64,000 nt of DNA from NCBI RefSeq assembly GCF_001194135.2, contig NC_068996.1:51724929-51788928 (forward strand). The letters run 5' to 3'. How positions within the stretch are numbered: the stretch's first letter is position 1; each line of letters starts with the position of its first letter. A program made the translations under genes and the position numbers. Below the pieces are notes generated by a model. That model ran no database searches and was not told the origin of the DNA. It worked only from the letters and a program-made list of their open reading frames with translations. This DNA is from Octopus bimaculoides. Taxonomy: Eukaryota. Shown here in pieces: positions 39,893-51,800 of the stretch.

Positions 39893-42800
39893 CATACATA
39901 CATACATACATACATACAAACACACACTCACACAAAGTCCTTTATAAGTGATCATTCATTGTAAGATATATTGAACCAATATCATGTGATTGGTGATTTG
40001 TTAAAATCTACACAAAAAAAATTCAATATATCAATATATAAGCCTTGGCACAAATCACTGGAAAAATCAAATTAGAAATATTGGTTGCCTGGTACCCTCA
40101 AATGATCAGAGGGAAATGTTTTATATCATATCATGGAGAAGAATGAAAGGGTGAACTGCTTTGAGCATCAACTTGCTGAAGTTTATATCATTACACATGT
40201 AGAATGTTTGGAGCATATTTGATATACTTCAAATGTAGCAGATAGAAAAACAAACTAGTAATACTAAGAAAAGAACATACCAATGATGGAATTTTTGTTT
40301 CAAGACGACAGCTTTCTTAATTTAAAGTTTGACTCAGCCATCATTGACAATGATATAGTTTTGAAAACTATCCATGTTATAACTTTTCTGAACAGATATT
40401 GATGGACTTGAAAAAGTAGTATTTTTATGACCCACTAAATTATTGGTTATCACATTGATAAACTAAGTGCAAGATGTTTACATGCCATGAGAACTTTAAA
40501 TATCCGAATATGATAAGATTCTTCATTATTTAAATACTATTATTCAAACAGTTAATTACTTAGCAATTTCTGTTCAGAAATGATGAAGACTTACAAAAAT
40601 TTAAATCTTGGTAGAAATAGATCTAAATAACTGCCAAGTATTTTCCAAAAGATTACTGATGCTCTCTTTAATAGACCATCAATAACTTAAACATTTTTTC
40701 TATATTTAGCAACAGAGTATGCTTATCTTCCCATATTAGTTTCTTTTTTTCCAACTTTTTTCATCCACATAGAGTTGAAATAGTTAGATTCTCTATAACT
40801 ACTCAACTTTATTGATTTTTCACATTAATTTTGCAATATCTGCTTCTAATTAACAGTTTCTATCTATAACTGATAACATTAGGAAAAAATTAATGAGACA
40901 GAAAGTACATCCAACTCAATACTGTAAATGCAATTTCATTTCCTCAGTGAAAATGATTAAATATTTGAACATATTTGTATAAGAAAAAAAGAGAAAAAAA
41001 TTGCAACTGGCATTCATATAAATATGTATTTTTTTCATTTGTTGCTAATGAGTTGCTTCTGCTGCCCTGTTTGAGAATACCTGTAACATGGAGGTAGCCC
41101 ACTGAACATTTGATAGGAGAGTGACTCAAAAGTACATGCACCATTCTGTACATTTTGTCATGCAGTATTTCTTTGTGTGGTTTTTTTTTTTGTGTGGCAT
41201 TCAGTGGCTGTCCCAGTCTATACTTATACAGTTTGCATGAATTCATTTTAGAATAATTAACTAAACAAATTGAGATATCTTGCCCTAGCTGTCTACAAAT
41301 TTAAAGTATTCTGCTACTAGTTAAAATTAACAAATTATAAACCAATATTTCTGTTACCAGCACAGTCCTTGAATAAATTTTAAAATGATTGTTTAAGCTA
41401 TATTCCACAATTATCACATACTAAAGGTAACACCATTTCGAAATACAATACTCTCATTTGATTCTGGAACTGGTTAAAAGTTCCTTGAAACATTTGCTAT
41501 TAGTTGTGCTACTGTGATGTGGACACAGGCGTCACACCTTCAAGCTCTAAATATTATTTTTAAAAGTTATGTATTCTAAGGCAAGAAAAAAAAAAAAGAA
41601 AAGAAAGCCCCAAGCAATTGTAAGGAAGTTTCTACCCGTTCACCCAAATCTTACAACTAGAACTTGGTAGCATAATCTTTAGCCACTTCAATCTTTCTGA
41701 AACTATCTTAATGCAATATCATTCTCTAAAAATTCTATAATGGAAATCTCCAAAATGTTTCATTTGGTCTAAGGATTATAAGTAGTTTTTTCTATCAGCT
41801 GTCCAAATAGCATCTCCAGCCCAAAGCAAATTGGTCAAAAATTCCTTCCTTTATCAGGGCTAAATAATTTTACAGCTCTGAACACTTTTCAGGACCAAAT
41901 CATTTATGTCCGTTTCAGTGTCTATTATTCATTTCTATAATTACAAATGAATGTGTTGGATAAATTCTCTCTCCTTCTCCCAACACCATCCCCAAGTCTA
42001 TTTTGTGCCAATATGTAACTTACAAAAGGTTAAAATATACATTGCATGAAGCTACTCTAATCCTTCTTTGTATCCCTCCTTGAGTCTTTTGTATTCCTGA
42101 GGGGGCATCAAGCAGCCCCCCTCTCTCTAAATTAATGCACAAACTGTTAAACCACCAACAAGGATTCCATTCAGTAGCTTTAAAAATGAGGTAAAGATCA
42201 ATGAAGTAATGATCAATTTACATAAAAGTTCATGAGACATTTTCTCGATGTCAGGTTTAGAAAGAAAAAACAAAAAAACCTGGCATTTCATTTTCAATAT
42301 GTCTGCTGGCAGTTTACAAAATGTTGCTGAAATACTTTAAAACGTTTTACGAATCAGGTTCAATTGTCAAACATCCTAAGACATTTGAGAGGGTGAGAGG
42401 GTTTTTCTTTTGTTATGGTCAGATTGAAAACAACATCTGCCATTATTTGAATTTTCTTTCTGATGAGTCAAGAATCCAAATTTTAATAAGAAATTATTTT
42501 TCTTGACTTTCTTTTCAATTTTTATACATAAAATGGTTTAAGGTCCAATTTAACAGTTCAACTCTTGTGTATCACAAGAGTTGTTTCTGTTTTTTCTTCA
42601 ATTGTCTAAGCATCCATTATTTTTTTGCTTCAATGAAATAGTATATTTAAGTATTATTCTTATAAATACAAGAAAGAAATATATTTTTGTAATGAGTTTT
42701 GTATTTTTTTTATACATACTCATTTGGTTACAAAACATAATACTGTATTGGCATAATTGAATTGATTGCAACTAAATCTTGAGTATAGTTTAATTGAATT

Positions 42801-45800
42801 TACAAACTATTTTTATGATAATAATATTTTACTAAAAGGGAAAAGTAGCTATAATGGCAAAAGACACTTAATTAGTTATTCTATAAAAAGTACCTCTTAT
42901 TTGGAATGGTGTTGATTCTCATAAGTAATTGCTTTTTTTAAGTAAATTTATTTTTAACTTCAAAGCATGTTATTGTTTCTAGATGTTAGAGTATAATAGT
43001 GAAAACTGCTAAATTTGAGGGTATTTGTGATAGAAGTTAGTTATATAAGTAATAATGGTTCTTAAAATCATATATTAAGAACCATTACTTGTGAAGATAT
43101 GAAATGAAAGTAAAATATATTTCAATATACATCAGTGGTTGTTTTCACAATATGATTTACTGAGTTAAATGCATTCTTTAAATGTTTCATAATATATTGA
43201 TGGTAATTAGAATTATCAGAATATTCAAAATAGCAAATTAGTAAAATTATTATTCTATCTGATTTCTCATTTGAAACGAAAGTTTTAGGACTATCTTTGG
43301 TTTATTTCATTGAAATAAAGGTGGAATTAGTCTGATTCATTAACAATTTAAGAGATGAGACATCTAATTAAGTTGGTAAGTCAAATTCTGTTATAAAGAG
43401 AAAATAATCTTACAGCTTCAGAATATTTCACTCAGTGGAACAAAAACCTAAAACTGATACAAAAATGTTCAGTTCTACATTGATACATTATAATGTAAGA
43501 TAACTAATTGCATGATAACTAGCTTATTTCCCAGGTTGATTGAAAATATGCTGTTCAATTAGATACATACAAACTGGCATTTTTTAATTTTAAAATTGTT
43601 ACTTTATAATTCTTACAATATAATTAAGTTTTGTAATTTAATTGCATCAATCTTGAAAATGCTTTTAAATAAGCTGTTGAAGAAACAAATTCTTTTTTAA
43701 TTAGTATATTAAGAATACATTTTGTTGATCATTTATAATTTTCTTTTCAACTTTTCAAAACAATGTATAAAAAATTTAAAGAATGTTATTCTATTACTTA
43801 CATTAGTAACCATAGTTAAGCCAACTGCAAATGCCAGAAGACAAACAAATCCGATTAAAATCTCTCGGCGATAGCCACGTCTTAAATGTTGGGGCCAACG
43901 ATCAACTACAGTCGTAATAAACCCTTCGACACCAACAAACTGGAATGAAATAATTGTACATGTTTTTTAATGACCACTTTAAACACATAAAATAAAGAAA
44001 CGATTAGTTTCACTTCATATAATAACATGGTTAACATTGGTAAAAGAACTCAATATGATTAATATAATGTTTAGTTGATATCTAAGTAAAACAACTTTGA
44101 AACAATACATAGAAACAATAAACAACAAAGTGAACAACAAACTCTACCTCCTTACAACTCACTTTGGTCTCTCCCTAGTCCTCAAGTGATTAGCTGTCAA
44201 TTAAATGAATAAAAATGCATAGAGGAAAGAACTTCATTATTTTAGATAAGAATTAAATATTTTTATATTCCTTAAAACAAATAAATAATCCAGATATCAT
44301 ACAAATTAGTCATCCACCAACCATAGCTAAAAAACCTCCCAGAGACTGTGTAGCTAATGGTATTGGATGAAAACAAAAAATTTATCATTTGCATTTCTAA
44401 ATAAATTTTGAGCATGTACATGATCATAAACATGAACAATATGTTAGTGTGTATGGGAAGCATGGATATGTGTGTATGCGTGTGTTATATATATACATGT
44501 ATACACATAGCATTCTGCATATCTTACTTTAACATGAATATACTGTAGAAAACCACACAACTTCAGTTTTTATCCCAGGAAAGCCTCTCATATAGACATA
44601 TTGTACTGAAAAGCACTGAAGTATATTGATAACACTGGCAGAAGAACTGCTAAACCTAGATTTCTGCATATTTGCATATCAGCAGCAGCAAGCATTCATG
44701 AGAAACAGAATGTTTTGACAAATTTACTCTTTACTGATATATAAAAACAATGATTAACATGTTTCAATTAGCTGGCAGGTTGGGTAAAAATTCATTATTA
44801 ACGACAAAAACAGAATTAGTTCAGAATAGCAATCTGTATATCTTACTTAACATGGATATATTGTAGAAAGCCATGGAACTTGGAGAACAACTTTGGGATG
44901 ATGCAGTTGAGATGAAAGTGGTTGTGAAAAAGTGGCTAAAACAGAATAAACCTCAATTTTTTTCAAAAGGAATTCAAAAGTTGGTACAAATGCAATGAAG
45001 ACTATGTTGAGTAGTACTTTTGTGTAGCAGAAGAGGTATTCCATCGACTTGTGAAATTTGAATGACCAATATCATTCAATAATAATAAAAAATGCTATGC
45101 CCTCTATCACATTACTTTCAGACAATCCTCATATATGTATGAGTGTATGTGTGTTTGTAATATATATATAACGCACACACACATGTGCATCTCGCTCTCC
45201 TCCTCCTCTCTCAATGTGTGTGTATATATATATATATATGTCCATCTTCACCACTATCATTATCATCAGCACCAACTCAACCAATACAACAACCACTGCT
45301 ATTTTTAACCCACCAACAACAACAATATGAACAAGAGTAGCAACTCCATCTAGAATAATAATTTAAAAAACCCCATGGGATAATGTGGTACCCTAGTATA
45401 TTCTAAAAGATGAAATGTCTTTGAATTTAGGTCGAAAAGAGTTAGGGTTTCTTAAGACTAAAAAACAACAATACAACTTATAATAACAATATGACCACCT
45501 TCATCACCAATGCCAAAACTAATAAGACGAATGGTACCAACCCACCAACTTTTGAATAAGTAACTAGTAACAACAATAATAATACCAGCATTATAGCAAT
45601 GTCTGTAGTTACATATGTTGTATGTCAAAACAACAGTGTCATGTAAGTGTTTCTTTTCAAATACTTTTATGTATATGTACTGTACTGTGTAAATTTAGAA
45701 ATTATTTTCATGCACAAAAGTAGTTGTGATGCTTCAGTTTTTGGGGTTTTTTAAAAAAAATATCCACAGGAAATATTTTATTGTAACATGAAAATCTGGG

Positions 45801-48800
45801 AAAAATTAATTTTGCATTATGGTCATATTGTGTGTGTGATCCTGTACACACACACACACATAAATAATTGTTTTCTGTCCATGCTGGCATAGGTTGGACA
45901 ATGTATATATTATAGATGTGTGCATGTGTTTAAGAAAATTCATAAATTCTAGCATATTTGTGTATGATATATATATTACACATCACACACTTAGAAACAT
46001 AATACTTAGCTTACAGAAAATATAAGTTAGCCAGGTGTTTTGATCAACTACCTCTCTTCAGTTTACACTCCTTACCCTTACACTTTGAACAAAGCCTTTG
46101 TTTGTGTTACTTGTGCAATTTGATAAGTTTTATTTGACAGTATCTCAGTGTGAATTTTGTACAATTCAATGTGATATGCATACAGTTCATTACTGAACTA
46201 TTCAATATTATTTTTACCATATATAGGCTTCATGTGTGTGTGTGTGTACATACACACACACACACACATGTCTATTGAAACACAGAAATACATGAAGATA
46301 CATAAGCATACAAAGGAAAAAAATTAAACAAAAATAGATTTTTAAAGAATCCATTATTTTAAAATGTCTTAATACAAATATACACAAAAATAAAAGGCCC
46401 TCATCTGCATTTGTTTATATGAGTAATTGATTAATAAAGTCTAGAAAACTGTTGTCTCACCTGGCTGTCTAATCCAAGCAAAATGATCATTACAAAAAAT
46501 ACTATAGACCATAATGGAGCGACTGGCATTTGTGAAACAGCTTCTGGGTAAGCAATAAATGCAAGACCCGGACCTTAAAAAAAAAAGAGGATAAATTATT
46601 CAATATAAAATGTTTACCTCAATATTTTCATGTCAAAATAGAAAAAAAGTTATGTAAAAATGTTGAAAAATAATAAAATGAAAATGATCTTGAGGAAAAG
46701 TAAGTATGTTTTAATTTTCTAACACAATAATTAATCTTAAGATTCTGAAAAACTCGTCTTACCTGATTCAGCTACTTCATCAATTGTTAAACCTTGTCTT
46801 TTAGCCATAAAACCAAGCACAGAGAAAATGACAAATCCAGCAAGAAAACTGGTAAAAGTGTTAGCTATAGCAAACAGTATACTGTCCCTGAATGAAAGAA
46901 AATATTTGCATTATTAACAATACGACTTTCATCATTAGGAGTTTAAAAAAAAAAAAAAATTCCAACAACTAGAATTTGTTCAAAAAAGAAAGAAATCTAT
47001 AAACAAATTTTATGAGAAACTACACATAAGAACCGAGTTCATAAATATTAGAAGACATCTAAATGAAAAGATTGATTATAATAGAACACTAATTTCCACT
47101 GAGCAGTGCAAAGAGATTCTGTTTTTCCTAATATGTACAGATGATCTATAATTTCCAAGAAATGCTGGCTGATTGAACAATACTTCTAATGATCATCGAT
47201 TTAAGGAACAAAGGAAAGTTGCTATAATGCATCAGTGTGAATAGAAGATTTCAATTTGATGTGGGGTGGGGACCAACTTGGCTTTAACAGTAAACATTAA
47301 AATCAAAATAAATATCGCTGCTTAAAAAAGTATGATTCCATATGAGAATAGATTTCAGATATAAAAATAATGTAGAAATTTATGAGACTTTTTAAATTTA
47401 GCTACATTGCAAGGTTAGAGGATCTCTGCTTTGCAAAGTACACTGAATCTATTGAAATAGTTCAAATAGAGACGGGGAAGAAAAAAAGAAAAAGCATATG
47501 GAAACTGATGATCAATGACTTCCAAGAAATAATGTTTGACTGAACAATACTTCCACTGATCGTTGACTCAAGAACAAAGAAATAATATACAGTAATCCCT
47601 CACTACATCGTGACTCACCTATTGCCCACTCAGTACATCATGGTTCACCTATCACACACTCAGTACATCGTGGATTTTTCTGGCTAATATATGTAAATTT
47701 ATACTGCAGAATCCTCAGTATATCTGGGTTTCTGTGGCCGATCATCATCATTGTTGTTTAACATCTGTTTTCCATGTTGGCATGGGCTGGATGGTTTGAT
47801 GGAGGACTGGAAAGCCAGAAGGCTGCATCAGGCTCCAATCTGATCTGGCAAAGTTTCTACAGCTGAATGCCCTTCCTAACGCCAACCACTCCGAGTGGGT
47901 GTCTTTTACGTGCCACTGGCATCGACCACGCTTAAATGGTGCTTTCTACATGCCACTGGCACAGGCATCGACCCATGTTTGAATGGTGCTTATTTCATAC
48001 AACTAGCACAGGTGCCAGTCAGGTGGCACTGGCATCGGTCACAACTACAATTTCCATTTTGATTTTGATCTTGAATTTGATTTATTTATATTTTTTTCCC
48101 CCAGAATTTAACTATTTCTGTGGGAGGTTTTGGAACGTAGGACATTTCCAATATTTAAATTGTGAGTCAATATAACAGATCAGTGATGAATGTTGTTCTA
48201 GCAGTAACACTTTAAACATTCAAATCTAAATTCAAGGTAGGGGTCATTTGTAGGATTGTACTGAAACCCTTCTTAAACAATTGCTTTCATTTTCTCATGA
48301 AATAATGGCCTTACAAATTATTGGGTCATTCCATAAATAATGTGATTTTTTCAATTGCATGAACTAAGTTAGAGGGGGATGAGATAAACCACCTGCATCA
48401 ACTTGCTATAAAAAACAGGTAGTACCATAAACTTATTCTTAGTGCAAGTTTTGAAGAGTGCAGTTCAATTTTCAAGTTATTTTTTCAAAGCTGTAATGGA
48501 AGCGACAAAGGAGCATATTCAGCATATTTTGCTTTATGAGTTCAATAAAGGCAACAACGCAGTATATGGGGATCAGACAAGTGTAAGCCAGTGTCAACAG
48601 TGGTTCTAGAAATTCTGATCCAGAAACTAGAGCCTAGAAGATGAGCTTCGTCCTGGAAGATCTGTTGAGTTTGATGAGGACATCTTGCAAACCCTGTTGG
48701 AACAAAATCCATTGTAACTGTTGAGGCACTAGCAGAGAAGTTCAACCATTCAACCATCCATTGACACCTGTGTGCCACTGGAAAAGTCAGCAATTTGGGT

Positions 48801-51800
48801 CCTCACCAACATTCCAAATCTAATCACATGCAGAGAGTGAATGTGTGCTCTTCTTTGCTGTCATGTCCCATGAATGAACCCTTTTTGCACTGAATAGTGA
48901 CTGGTGACGAGAAATGGGTTCTTTATAAAAATCTCAAGTGCCAAAGACAGTGGGTAGGGAAAGGAAAAACACTGGCACCCCAGGCTAAAGAAGGTCTTCA
49001 CCTATGTAAGGTGTTATTATCTGTTTGGTGGGATATGAAACGTTTAGTCCACTTTGAACTTTCAGACCCAAACCAAGTGATAACAAAGGAGATCTACTCC
49101 GAACAGCTTGAGTGGCTAGAAGGAAAATGACCATTTTTTTTACAAGATGAGGTGTTCTTCCATCAGGATAATACATGGCCATATACAGCAAGGACGACAT
49201 TCAAAAAGTTGAAACAGTTTGAATGGGAAATGATGCCCCACCCACCACCATGTTCGCCAGACATTGCCTTATCTGATTATCATTTATTCCACTGTCTCCC
49301 AAATCATTTGGACGGGAAAAATATGAGTTCTGTAGACGAGTACTGAAGGATTATTTTTCATCATAGACAAGTGAATTTTGGAAAGGGGCCTTGCAAGCCT
49401 GTCACATAGACGGAAGAGCATTGTAGAAGATGAAAGAGAGTATATTTTAGATTAAAAAAGAACTTTGCTTTAATTTTGAAAAATAAAAGAAGTATAAAAA
49501 AACCCACATTATTTATGGAACGACCCAATACTTTAAATAATATATCAGAAATCATTACCAAGATAATCTACACAACTATTCATCATTCTTATTTATATTT
49601 AACTGTTAATGTGCATGACTATTTACTTACTGTAAATTATTTTTCAAACATCTATTTGTACTGATTGTCCTTCTTTCACCGTTTTACTTATTTCAGTTAT
49701 TGGACTACAGCCATGCTAGGACTTTGCCTTGATTAGTAAACTTAGTTTATAAAAATCATCACAAAACTGAATGAATTTTTGTTAATTTGGGTGCTATTTG
49801 GTTTTCAGGGCAGAAAATATAAGCATATAAAGTTATCTATGAAAAGGATATTTTCGCTCCAATTGTCAAAATTTTTTGACAAATATTTCTACTAACTTTG
49901 ATAATGTGCCTTAAACATAAAAGGACATAGTTTCTTTTTTCACTTTAGTTTAGTAACAGATGCAACTAAATTAGAATTTTAATACTTACTTATATGAATT
50001 ATGATGAAATTTGTTATAACTTCCAAGAGCGGTCAATGTACCCAAACTTATAGAATAAGAGAAAAAAATTTGAGTACCAGCATCGACCCACACCTGAAAA
50101 AGAAACAAATGTTCTATATAGATTATATTTTTCATTTTTGTTACATAACACAAAATTAAAAATCCATAAACAACTGTTATAAGTGAATAGTTGGCAGTTA
50201 AAATAGCTAATTTACCTGTCTATTTAAAAGTTTGCTCCAATCAGGAATTAAATAATACTTTAAACCATCAACAGCACCATCCAATGTAACCCCACGTATT
50301 AAAAGGACAAGCATTAGAATGTAGGGACTAGTTGCAGTAAAATACATAACCTGAAAGAGAAGAAATATAAATAATAGATTATACTATCAATAAAAGTTAC
50401 ACGAATAATTAACACTGAATAAATAATATAACTGGAGTTGATGGCTCATTAGATTCAAGTTTAGTATGTTTAATCATTTATAATTATTTCCAGTGTGTGT
50501 GTGTGTGTGTATGTGTATATATATATAAATATACACATACATTTATTTTAGTTGACTAATAACAATAAAAAGGGAAACACAATCAGTGTAGGCATTTTTA
50601 TTGGTAAAATAACATTTTCAAAGCACAACACACATATCAAAATTTTAAAAAGTGTGTGTGTGTGCAGTGAATAAATAAATTGTTGTCTAAATTATGCAAA
50701 AAATGAAAATAACATTGACATCTCATTTTAACAGATATATTTACCAAAATTACATAGAAATATCTTGAAATACTAAAGAGTAAATTTATTGAATAAAATT
50801 GCCATCGGCTTCAACGATGGCCTTCAGATGACTTTGGAATCTCTTGCAATTCTGGATGGGCTCCTTGTTTAAGTTGGTGAATGCTGCCATAATCCTTGCC
50901 TTCAGTTCATCTTTGAGTTTGGTGGTCTCTCACTCAACTGTGCCCCACGCATAATAATCAAGGGTGTTGCAGTCAGAGAAGGTAAGTGGCCAGATGTTAG
51001 GGGTGATGTGTTCACAGAAATTGTCTGACAGCCACGACTGGGTTCTCCTGCTTGTGTGGCATGGTGCAGAGTCCTGATGCCAGACATAGGGTCTTCCAGC
51101 AGCCACCCACTTCACCTAGGGCAGCACTACCCCCTCTAAACATTTGATGTAGGCCTCCATGTTGAGTCTGAGGTCATGTGGGAAGATGAATGGAGGCATA
51201 ACGTCACCATAACTAGTGATCATTCCAAACACCATGATGTTGACTGGATGTTTGATTTCTATCATTCTTGGTACAATGTTTTGGGTACACAGCAAGCCAA
51301 CGGTTGTTCTGTGTGTTCATCATCTGATCCTGGCAGAAATGTTTCTTGTGTGAAAAAAAACCAAAGCATGTTCGGTTGGAGAGGATGCTTGAATTTGTTC
51401 AGAAGATTTGTAGCATAGTCTTTCCTCCTGTCCTTGATGGCTTGGGATAAAAATTGGCCCTTTCTCATCTTGTATGAGGAATACTGAATGTTTTCATGTA
51501 CTACCTGCCTGATAAGAAACTGAGACACTTCCATGTCCCTGGCAATGGACCTGATTGACTTGGAGGGATCATTGTCAACCATGGCCTGGATCTCACCAAG
51601 AAATTCAGGAGTTCTTTCTTATCAGAATGATCAGAGTGAGTTTTCCAAACTGCTGTACCTTCGTAATCACTGGCAGAGTGGATTGTGTCATAGTGTTTTT
51701 CTCACAGATGGTGCCCAACTGACCCTACTACACTGTGTAGCTGACAAAATCAAAAACAACGTGCATGCATGAAATTAAAAATATAAAATGGTGACAATTT

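Noticed and set aside
40080-40940. Possible hAT transposase remnant (AISASN..F resembling the dimerisation motif)
   Set aside because: Similarity is too short, with no TIRs or further motifs.
42090-42510. Tc1-like HTH remnant ([12 protein letters not shown])
   Set aside because: Only one short motif resembles FxETGSVxD; there are no catalytic residues or termini to support a call.
25851-43801. Second (mutually exclusive) copy of exon 10 in intron 9
   Set aside because: No GGMY/FDYY-like segment was found by eye in the sequenced part. The gaps cannot be assessed.
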